Shown one piece after another: positions 39,644 to 50,689 of a stretch of DNA of 52,670 bases. Each line of letters begins with the position of its first letter. The stretch's first letter is position 1. Origin of the DNA: Myxococcota bacterium (GTDB taxonomy: Bacteria; Myxococcota_A; UBA796; SXON01); contig JAZKFH010000036.1 of NCBI GenBank assembly GCA_040386535.1, forward strand, positions 1 through 52,670, in the 5' to 3' direction. A program made the translations under genes and the position numbers. The notes under the pieces are model-generated. The model saw only the letters and a program-made list of their open reading frames with translations, ran no database searches and was not told where the DNA came from.

Positions 39644-42076
39644 CTACTTGGCGATGGCGTCCAACTGGGTTTGGATCGCGGCCTTGAACTCGGGGCAGGC
39701 GTTGGGGAGGGTGAGGGCTTCGGTGAGGAGGGTTTGGCGGTCGGTGGGGGTGAGGTGGACTTGGTTGACCCACGCGACCAGGGACACGGTCTCAGCGCAC
39801 CGCGCGACCGCCTTCAGGACGCGGCCGGCCGTGTCCAGGCGCGCCGCTGACTTCCCCGCGCCCCGCTCGGCCACCGCGCCGACCAGCGGACCGAACGCCG
39901 ATAGCTCGGGCCGCCAGCCCCCCCGTCCCGAGGCCCAGGGGCGGGTCCGCATCGACGTTGCGAGATCCCGCGCGAGCGTGGCCGCACGTTCGGAAGAGGG
40001 CCCCGTCTCGGCGAACAGCAGGTGGGCGCGTACGCCCACCTGCTGGGTGAGGCTCCGCCGTGCTCGGCCGTCTTCCACCATCCCTCGAAGGTCGGCCAGC
40101 AACCCCAGCGTCTCGCCCTCGCGTTTGGCCTCCGCCCCCCGCAATTGGAGCCAACCCAACACCGTGACGGCAAACGGTCGTGCATCCGGATAGGGCGCGT
40201 AACGCAACAAGCCGAGGGCGCGGTCGATGTCCGCCCCGGCGAGCGCGACGTCACGGAGCCGGATCGCGCGCTGGGTGTAGGCGAGGGGCAGGTTTCCGTT
40301 TGGCGGCGTCTCCTCGCTCAACGAATTGATGACACGGGTCCACTCCTGGGGCGTCGACGTCCCCGACCGCAGAATTTTCCCGAACTGCGCGGCCGCGAGC
40401 CGCGTCGGGTCTCGGGGATGCGACATCGCGAGCGTGATGCACGTCTCGATGAGGGAGGCCGCTTCGTCCCCGCCGACGGCATTGGCGAGCATCAGGCCGA
40501 TGTCGACCCTCAGGCCGCGGTCCGGTGTGTTCTCCCACGCGGCGCGTAGGGCCTCCAGTCGCCTCGTCCCGCCGACGGCGATCTGGAGCCCCAGCGACCA
40601 CCTACCCTCCTCCTCCTCGGTCCCGCGTCCACGAGGCTCGTCCTGCAGCGAGAGGATCACCACCCGCGCCTCTTCGTCCTTCTCCTGCCGCTCCAGCGCA
40701 GCGCCCCAGTGCCCATGCGCCTGCATCGAGAGGGTCGTGTAGGCTTCACGACCGCGAAGTCGCCGCGCCGTCGCCTGGAGCACCCGCTCGGCGCCCAGTG
40801 GGTCATCCGCCTTCATGAGCGCCTTCCCCTCCAAGACTCTAAGCCTCAGCTCCGTCCCCTCATCCCCCATCAACGCCGCCGCCGCCGCCCCCTGCCGCGC
40901 AAACTCCGCCGCCTCCCTGGCATGTTCCCACGTGGTCATCGTCTCGAGCTTCACCTCCGCCAGCCGTCCATAGAGCGCCGGAAGCTCCTCGAACCGCCGC
41001 TCCGCGCGCGCTGCCTCCACACGCGCCTGCACCTCTTCGACCTTCTGCAAACCCTCCAGCGCCGCGGCCTCGCGCCGATTGTCCGCCGCCCACCGTTGGA
41101 TCGTCCCGCCGAGGAGCGCGTACCGGTCTTGAAGGTCATCCTGCGCCACCCCACGCTCCAACATGCGTAGCGCGACGAGCGGCTCGCCCACCGCATGGAC
41201 GGGGAGCTCGGGGAGGAGGAACCGCTCCAACATCTCCTCCGCGGCTCGCTCGGGCTGGCTGCGCCCGCGGGTCTCGGTCCAGAGGGGGAGCAGCTCGGGT
41301 TCACGCACGACCTGCTTCGCGGTGTGGAGCCACTTCCCGTAGTGTTCGCGGTCGGCGTCCTTGCTCACGCGGCTCGGCACGAGGAGCGTGCCGTGGTCGC
41401 CCGGGCCACGCCCCGCCGCCCGAAGCGCGCGCGCGGTGGCGATGGCGCCGTCGAACCCCTGCGACGTCGGCGGCGTGAGGATCACCACGCGATCGGCCAG
41501 CCCGAACAGGCACAACGCCGCTAGCTCGGTGACCCCTGCGCGCGCGTCGAGGAACACCACCTCCGCGCGGGCCTCGAGCTCGGCCTTGAGCCACCCGAAG
41601 AACGTACGCCAGGCCGGGTCCTGCCACCTCGTCGCCCAGTCGATGGCGGCCACGCGCTCGCGGTAGCGCGCGTCGAGGCGCCCGGCGGGCAGCACGCGCA
41701 CGCCTGTGTCGTACGTGGTGGTCGTGCCGATGCGGCGCGGCCCGAGGATGCGGTCGCGCACCTGCTCGGCGTCCAGCTTCCCGTCCAACGTCTCCACGTC
41801 GGCGAAACGAGGCTCCAGGAGCAGCTCCTCGGGAAACGGCGGGAGCGCCACGTCCCCGCCCGCGGCGAGGCGCGCGGCGTGGGCCTCCACGAGATCGATG
41901 ACACCGCCGGTACAGTCCTCGTCGCGCACGCCGAAGAACCGATGGACGCCGGGCGCCTCCAGGTCGAAGTCGACCACGATGACGCGATAGCCCGCGTTCG
42001 ACAGGATCGGGGCGATGTTGGCCGTGGCGGCCGAGCGGCCGGCGCCGCCCTTGTGGCCGTAGAAGCAGACGATCAC
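39644..42076 (-). CDS. ParA/MinD-superfamily KGGxGR-variant ATPase fused to a long helical/TPR-like region
   Basis: FYGHKGGAGRS, VDFDLEAPG, FLDARAG, LVPSR; GTG 42076 overlaps the upstream TGA (GTGA). Confidence 0.82.
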   Translation of the reverse strand: MIVCFYGHKGGAGRSAATANIAPILSNAGYRVIVVDFDLEAPGVHRFFGVRDEDCTGGVIDLVEAHAARLAAGGDVALPPFPEELLLEPRFADVETLDGKLDAEQVRDRILGPRRIGTTTTYDTGVRVLPAGRLDARYRERVAAIDWATRWQDPAWRTFFGWLKAELEARAEVVFLDARAGVTELAALCLFGLADRVVILTPPTSQGFDGAIATARALRAAGRGPGDHGTLLVPSRVSKDADREHYGKWLHTAKQVVREPELLPLWTETRGRSQPERAAEEMLERFLLPELPVHAVGEPLVALRMLERGVAQDDLQDRYALLGGTIQRWAADNRREAAALEGLQKVEEVQARVEAARAERRFEELPALYGRLAEVKLETMTTWEHAREAAEFARQGAAAAALMGDEGTELRLRVLEGKALMKADDPLGAERVLQATARRLRGREAYTTLSMQAHGHWGAALERQEKDEEARVVILSLQDEPRGRGTEEEEGRWSLGLQIAVGGTRRLEALRAAWENTPDRGLRVDIGLMLANAVGGDEAASLIETCITLAMSHPRDPTRLAAAQFGKILRSGTSTPQEWTRVINSLSEETPPNGNLPLAYTQRAIRLRDVALAGADIDRALGLLRYAPYPDARPFAVTVLGWLQLRGAEAKREGETLGLLADLRGMVEDGRARRSLTQQVGVRAHLLFAETGPSSERAATLARDLATSMRTRPWASGRGGWRPELSAFGPLVGAVAERGAGKSAARLDTAGRVLKAVARCAETVSLVAWVNQVHLTPTDRQTLLTEALTLPNACPEFKAAIQTQLDAIAK

Positions 42077-42798
42077 TGGGGTGCCGGAACGGACATCGAC
42101 CACGAGATGGTCTTGGGCACCATTTCTTCCAGCGCGGCCGCATCGTAGGTGCGTCCGCGCGACGTGACGGTGCCCATGATGCGCGCAAGCCGGGCGGCGT
42201 CACTCTGCGTCGCCGCGATCTCCAGGCGCCGACACAGCGCCTCGCCGGCCTCCGAGAGCGCGTAGTGCCCGGTCACCCGCTGCCCTTGGGCCACCCGGAG
42301 CCGCGTCGCCAAGCCGAGGCGCACGAGGTCGTCGAGGATCTGCGAGATCCGCGCGGTCGTGGGCGAGCCCGGTGGGAGCCGCTCGTGCACGTCGCCCCGG
42401 GTGAGCGAGGCGTCCGGCGCGCCCCGGAGCACCGCGAGCACTGCGCGCGTCGTGTCGCCCGGACGCTCGGCCGTGCGCTCCGCGGCAGGCCGCTCCAACG
42501 CCTCGGCGCCTACGTGCGCGACGCGGAGCAGGTGCCCAAACGCGACGGCAACCTCGGCCTCGGGCAGCCCCGAGGGCGGCAGGTTCCGATCCACGAAAGG
42601 CTGGACGTCTTGCAGTGCGTTGCGCACGCGCTGGGCAGCGGCGAGGTCACCGCGGCCGATCGCGGCGAACAGGTGGGCCACGACGGCGTCGTAGAGCCCC
42701 TCCCAGCGGGCCGCGAGCGCGTCGGCATCGGGCAGGAGTGTGACCAGCGTTGCGACGGCGGCCTCCGCCGTGCGAGGCGGACGAGCGGGTGCGGTCAT
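42073..42798 (-). CDS. Winged helix-turn-helix protein (MarR-like C-terminal wHTH)
   Basis: AAGGAG RBS; LTRGDVHERL..TTARISQILDDLVRLGL..YALSEAG. Confidence 0.72.
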   Translation of the reverse strand: MTAPARPPRTAEAAVATLVTLLPDADALAARWEGLYDAVVAHLFAAIGRGDLAAAQRVRNALQDVQPFVDRNLPPSGLPEAEVAVAFGHLLRVAHVGAEALERPAAERTAERPGDTTRAVLAVLRGAPDASLTRGDVHERLPPGSPTTARISQILDDLVRLGLATRLRVAQGQRVTGHYALSEAGEALCRRLEIAATQSDAARLARIMGTVTSRGRTYDAAALEEMVPKTISWSMSVPAPQ

Positions 42799-42878
42799 GG
42801 GGCTCTCCTTTTCATCCCTTACCATGGGATCCGGATCCGCGGGCGTCACTCCCGCTCCGAAGGGCAGCGGAACGGGCT

Positions 42879-43568
42879 TCAGTTCGCCGTTTCCTCGCTC
42901 GGATTACCATCCCTTGTCATCGCGCCGAGATCCACGACCAGCCCGAGCACCGGGTCCAGCCACGCCACCGAGGCCGGTGCGGCCTTCCATTTCCGCTTCC
43001 GGTCCCACGCCTCCATCGCGCCGCCGGCAGGCCACCGGACGCGGGTGGGCGGGTGATCGGCGCTCCCGTGGAGCGCCAGCCAGCACAGGGCGAGGAGTGC
43101 GGGCGCGGGCGCCGCGTTCACGTAGAGCGTCGAGATGCCTTGGCGCTCGAGACGCTCGGCGAACGCCTCGAACGGCCTCGTGTCCGGGGACATCGAGACG
43201 ATGAGGAGGAGCTCTGGCCGCGCATCCTCGACCGCGCGCACGTACCCGTCCGCATCGAGGACATCGGCGCAGATGACGACCGCGAAACGGCCGAGCGACG
43301 TGTCGAGCACCGTGAGCGCGCCGCCCCCCACGATGCCCTCGCACACCTCTTCGGCGACGAGCGACGCCCCCTCGAAGGGCGCGGCGCTCGCCACGGCGCG
43401 GACGACCCGGAAGAACCCGCGCTTGTCGTGCGCCCATAGCCGGTGCCCACCCTCGACCAGCACGGGCGCACGGTTGCGCAACCCCGCCGCCTCCACGTGG
43501 AACGACCCGGCGACGATCAGCGCCGGCCCGCCCGCGCACGTGAGGGCGGGCAGCTCGTCGGGACGCAC
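42879..43568 (-). pseudogene. Carbon-nitrogen hydrolase (nitrilase-superfamily) gene, apparently 5'-truncated
   Basis: LIVAGSFH..N..HDK (Lys) and FAVVICAD (Cys) present; no recognisable upstream PE(L) catalytic-Glu strand; in-frame upstream sequence looks non-coding. Confidence 0.55.
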
Positions 43569-43708
43569 GTGAGCACGCCACGCCCACGCACGTCGCTCAG
43601 GGAGCCCGCGCGTGCCAGCAGGCCGTCGCTCCCGAGGTCTCTGGAGCCCACGGCCGACTCCCCAGTCCCGGCGGCCGCCGCGGGAGCCCAACCATTGGGT
43701 CATGTTCC

Positions 43709-43990
43709 CATGACTGCACGCGGCACGGAGTCATGCCGGGTCGAATACTCGGATTCAGGCTGCAAGCACTCGTCCCAACGCGAAAAACGCCGCTTGCTCC
43801 GTAGAGTGCGCGCGGAGCGAGCCTCGAATTGGCCGTTCACGGAGGCATGACTCCGATTTAGCGGCGTTGAGAGGGGCATGACCTCGGACCTCGACGTCCT
43901 CGCACTGGAGGGCTGAGGGCTTCGATCCGTAGAGCACCGAACTGGGAGCAGTCGCATCCCACGCTCGGCGCCGTCCAGCCGCCTCATCCC
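43709..43990. repeat. Structured intergenic element containing the second copy of the 1-66 repeat
   Basis: 12-bp inverted repeat CGGAGTCATGCC 43726-43737 / GGCATGACTCCG 43844-43855; inner hairpin 43792-43822; 31-mer at 43853-43883. Confidence 0.65.
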
Positions 43991-44056
43991 AACCTGGCCC
44001 CTGATCCCGGTGCCCGCCGCTCGAGCCCGCGGGAGGGCGCCCCCGCACCCGGGGGA

Positions 44057-44147
44057 GGGGGTCTGACCTTACGACTTATCACCTGCGACAGGCGAACGCC
44101 GGTAATCCACCGGAAGCTCAAGTGATAAGTGATGAGGTCAGACCCCC
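44057..44147. repeat. Long inverted repeat (REPIN/MITE-like)
   Basis: 26-bp arms 44057-44082 and 44122-44147, 23/26 complementary, ends GGGGGTCTGACC / GGTCAGACCCCC; 39-bp spacer. Confidence 0.8.
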
Positions 44148-44255
44148 CCCGCGCGAGGCCCCTGCAAGGCGGCCCGCCGCGGGCCGGTCCGGCCGGCGCC
44201 GCGCCGGACGACCGACGCCGAAGGCGGAGCCTGGAAGGGGCCGGCCGGGCGTCCG

Positions 44256-44372
44256 CGCCCGGACGCGCCCGCCCCGCCTTCACCCGGACGCGCCCGCCCC
44301 GGCTTCACCCGGACGCGCCCGCCCCAGCTTCGCCCGGACGCGCCCGCTTCGGCTTCGCCCGGACGCGCCCCC
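44256..44372. repeat. 25-bp tandem repeat, about 4.7 copies
   Basis: CRCCCGGACGCGCCCGC...CTT units at 44256, 44281, 44306, 44331, 44356 (partial). Confidence 0.9.
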
Positions 44373-44414
44373 CCCTCCCGCCCGAGCCCAAGATTCCCCT
44401 TGCGTCTCAGCCCG

Positions 44415-44461
44415 TGAACGTATATTCGCGAGCCGCGAGTCGATTCATGAATCCAGATTCA
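44415..44461. promoter_or_regulatory. Putative TetR autoregulatory operators and promoter
   Basis: TGAACGTATATTCG 44415-44428 (contains TATATT) and TGAATC-CA-GATTCA 44448-44461 overlapping the start codon. Confidence 0.55.
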
Positions 44462-45088
44462 CCAGACGACGCGAAGCTCACGCTGCGGCAACGCTTCCGG
44501 GAGCAGGCGCGTGAAGAGCTGCTCGCCGCGGCTGGCCGCGTGTTCGAGCGCGACGGCGTGAAGGAGGCGCGCATCGACGCCATCGCGGCCGAGGCCGGGG
44601 TGTCCGTCGGGACCGTGTACAACCTGTTCGGGGACCGGGACGGGCTGGTCCGCGCGGTGATGGAGCGCGGCCGGGACGCGATCTTCGCGCGGGTGCGGCA
44701 GTACCTGGAGAGCACGGTCGAGCGCCCCTTCGAGGAGCGCCTGCACACCGTGGTGCACCTCCTGATCGGCCAGATGCGCGCGCACTGGTCGACCCTGCGG
44801 CTCCTCGCCCAGCAGGACGTGCCGACCGGGTGCGTCGGCGCGGCCGCGGGCATGCGGCCCCCACCCAACGTGATTCGTGAGATCCACGGCCTGCTCTCCG
44901 CGCTCGTGCGCCACGGCATCACGAGCGGCGTGCTCCGCCCGGTCGACGAACACGTCGCCACCTGCTCGCTGATGGGCACCATCCGCACCACCATCGACGT
45001 CGACCTCGCCCTGGGCCTCGACGCCCCCTCCGAAGCCCGCGCCGACGTGATCGTCCAGCTCTTCCTCGAGGGCACCGCCCGCCGCTGA
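44447..45088 (+). CDS. TetR/AcrR family regulator
   Basis: LLAAAGRVFERDG..IDAIAAEAGVSVGTVYNLF HTH; heads the efflux operon. Confidence 0.93.
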   Translation: MNPDSPDDAKLTLRQRFREQAREELLAAAGRVFERDGVKEARIDAIAAEAGVSVGTVYNLFGDRDGLVRAVMERGRDAIFARVRQYLESTVERPFEERLHTVVHLLIGQMRAHWSTLRLLAQQDVPTGCVGAAAGMRPPPNVIREIHGLLSALVRHGITSGVLRPVDEHVATCSLMGTIRTTIDVDLALGLDAPSEARADVIVQLFLEGTARR

Positions 45089-45163
45089 CGCGGCCCGCGC
45101 CCCCACACACAATTCACAGTCAAAACGAACCGGCCCACCGCCGGAACGCCCGAGGTGTGTCTC

Positions 45164-46234
45164 ATGCGACCCCTGTTCCTCCTCTCCCTCCTCGCGCCGC
45201 TCGGCTTCGCGCTCGCCTGCGCCGGCGGTGCGCCCCCCGAGGCCGCCGTCGTCAAAGCCGCGCCGCTCGCCGTCGCCACCGCCACCGCCACCACCCAGGA
45301 CGTGCCGCGCACGCTCACGGTCACCGGATCGCTCGTCGCGGTCGAGGACGCCGACATCGCAGCCGAGGCCGCGGGCGCCGTGGAGCGCATCGCCGCCGAC
45401 CGCGGCGATCTCGTCGCGAAGGGCGCCGCGTTGCTCGTGCTCGACGCGACCACGTCGGGCCTGCAGGTCAAGGAGGCCACGGCGTCCGTCGCCGCCGCCG
45501 CTGTGCAGGTCAAGCAGGCCGAGGCCGACTGCGCCCGCGCCACCACGCTCACCGAGGCCGGCGGGCTCTCCACCGCCGAGCGCGACCGCCTCCTCTCCCA
45601 GTGCGAGCAGGGCGCCCGGCAGCTCGAAGCCGCCAAGGCGCGCCTCGCGCTCGCGACGACCAACCTCGCCCGCGCCACGGTCCGCGCCCCGTTCGCCGGG
45701 GTCGTCGCCGAGCGGATGGTGAGCCCCGGCGAGTACGTCACCCCGGGCCGCGCGGTCGTGAAGCTGGTGGCCGTCGACCCGCTCCGCCTCGAGCTCTCCG
45801 TGCCCGAACGCGCCGCCTCCCAGGTGGTGAGCGGCGCCAAGGTGACCTTCACCGTGACCGAGCACCCCGGCCGCACGTTCGAGGCCACCATCGACCGCGT
45901 GAGCCCCGCCCTGCGCGAGCGCACCCGCGATCTGGTGGTCGAGGCGACCGTCGCGAACGCCGACGGCGCCTTGCGCCCCAACAGCTTCGCCGTCGCCAAG
46001 CTCTCCCTTCCGAACGCTCCTGGCGTCACGATTCCCCTCACCGCGCTGCACGAGAAGGGCGACGTGACGCGCATCTACGTGGCGCAGGACAACGTCGCGG
46101 TCGAACGTGTGGTCGAGGTCGGCTCGCGCCTGGACGCGGTCGCGGAGATCCGCGTCGGCGTGGCGGACGGCGAGCAGGTGATCAGCCCCATCCCCGAGGG
46201 GCTCGCCGACGGCGCCGCCCTCTCGGTCCAGTAG
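45164..46234 (+). CDS. RND efflux periplasmic adaptor (membrane fusion protein)
   Basis: Lipoyl-like halves (DRGDLVAKG; VRAPFAGVV), helical hairpin, VPE, LRPNSF. Confidence 0.93.
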   Translation: MRPLFLLSLLAPLGFALACAGGAPPEAAVVKAAPLAVATATATTQDVPRTLTVTGSLVAVEDADIAAEAAGAVERIAADRGDLVAKGAALLVLDATTSGLQVKEATASVAAAAVQVKQAEADCARATTLTEAGGLSTAERDRLLSQCEQGARQLEAAKARLALATTNLARATVRAPFAGVVAERMVSPGEYVTPGRAVVKLVAVDPLRLELSVPERAASQVVSGAKVTFTVTEHPGRTFEATIDRVSPALRERTRDLVVEATVANADGALRPNSFAVAKLSLPNAPGVTIPLTALHEKGDVTRIYVAQDNVAVERVVEVGSRLDAVAEIRVGVADGEQVISPIPEGLADGAALSVQ

Positions 46235-46244
46235 GAGGCGGCCC

Positions 46245-49376
<3,132 letters not shown>

Positions 49377-50648
49377 ATGTTGCTCTCCCTGCTCCTCCCC
49401 GTCGCGTTCGCGCTCACGCTCGACGAGGCGTGGCGGCTCGCCGAGACCGACGGCGACGACGCCGCCCTCATCGAGCGCCAGATGGGCGCCGCCACCACCA
49501 TCCGCGGGCAGGCCGCCGCGGCGCTCCTGCCGAAGCTCTCGATCACCGGCGGCTACACGGTCAACCAGTACGAGTCGACCATCGACTTCTCCAAGATGAT
49601 CCCGGAGGAGCTCGCCGACTTCGTGGGGGACTCCGAGCCCATCGTCGTGAACAAGAAGTCGTTCTGGAGCGGCTCCGCGACGGTGGTGCAGCCGCTCTTC
49701 TCCGGCTCCGCGATCCCCGCGTGGACCGCGGCCAACGCCCAGGCCCGCGCCGCCGAGGCCCAGGCCGACGCCTCCCTCGACCAGCTCCGCGTGGGCGTGG
49801 CGGGCGCCTACTGGGGCGCGTTCCTGTCCCGCGAACGAGTTCGGCTCGCGACGGACAACGTCGCGCGCGCCGAGAAGTACCTGACCCTCGCGGAGACCCG
49901 CGAGCGGGTCGGCGCCGGCCGCGGCATCGACACCGCCCAGGCCGGTGTGGCCCTGGCCCGCGCGCGCCGGGAGCTGGTGCAGGCCGAGTCCGGCCGGGTG
50001 CAGGCCGAGGAGGGCCTGTCCCGCCTGCTCGGCACCGAGCCCGGCGTCGCGCTGGAGCGCCCCACCCCGCGCGACGTGCGCCTGACCAGCTCCGACGCGG
50101 CTGTCGACAACGCGCTCGAGGCCCCCGCGATCACCGCCGCCGAGGAGCGCGCCAAGGCGGCGCGGGCCGCGCGCACGGCGACCGATCTCGGCTGGGTCCC
50201 GACGGTCAGCGGCCGGTTCACCGAGTCGTTCAGCGAGAACAGCGGCTTTAGCGGCGAGGAGTGGGCGTGGCAGGCGGCGATCACCGCGGACTGGGTGCTG
50301 TTCGACGGCGGCTACCGCATCGCCAAGCAGCGCGAGGCGGCGATGAACAAGTACGTCGCCGCCCACGCGCTCGATCGCGATCGCGATCAGGCCGAGGCGG
50401 ATGCGCGCTCCTTGTACGCGTCGCTCGGCGCCGCGAAGGAGGCCCAGGGCCTCGCGGTGCAGGAGCGGGCGTTGTCCGAGAAGGCGCTGACGCTCGCCGA
50501 GGCCTCCTACGAGCTCGGCGCGCTCACGTTCCTCGACCTGTGGCAAACGCGCCAGCAGCGCGACGGCGCCGAGATGGCCGAGCTCTCCGCGGACATGCAG
50601 CTGGATCTGGCGGCGATCACGCTCATCGCGAAGACGGGCGGCTGGTAG
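49377..50648 (+). CDS. TolC-family outer membrane efflux protein
   Basis: LTLDEA, LLPKLS, QPLFSG, LFDGG, YELG repeats; last gene of the RND operon. Confidence 0.9.
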   Translation: MLLSLLLPVAFALTLDEAWRLAETDGDDAALIERQMGAATTIRGQAAAALLPKLSITGGYTVNQYESTIDFSKMIPEELADFVGDSEPIVVNKKSFWSGSATVVQPLFSGSAIPAWTAANAQARAAEAQADASLDQLRVGVAGAYWGAFLSRERVRLATDNVARAEKYLTLAETRERVGAGRGIDTAQAGVALARARRELVQAESGRVQAEEGLSRLLGTEPGVALERPTPRDVRLTSSDAAVDNALEAPAITAAEERAKAARAARTATDLGWVPTVSGRFTESFSENSGFSGEEWAWQAAITADWVLFDGGYRIAKQREAAMNKYVAAHALDRDRDQAEADARSLYASLGAAKEAQGLAVQERALSEKALTLAEASYELGALTFLDLWQTRQQRDGAEMAELSADMQLDLAAITLIAKTGGW

Positions 50649-50689
50649 CGCCCAGGGGGCGCGCCCTCGGGTAGGATGCGCGCACTCTG

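Noticed and set aside
39644..42076. Chromosome partition ParA acting on the TGATACATC sites
   Set aside because: Variant Walker A, long tail, no parB, and 25 kb from the motif field; nothing in the sequence links them.
43878..43916. 12-aa peptide MTSDLDVLALEG, echoed by ALDALVLKR* at 34-63
   Set aside because: The left copy is frameshifted relative to its ATG; too short to distinguish from chance.
43835..43920. Solo CRISPR repeat with leader (GGCGTTGAG resembles some myxobacterial repeat ends)
   Set aside because: No repeat-spacer periodicity and similarity covers only about 9 bp; kept only as a dispersed repeat.
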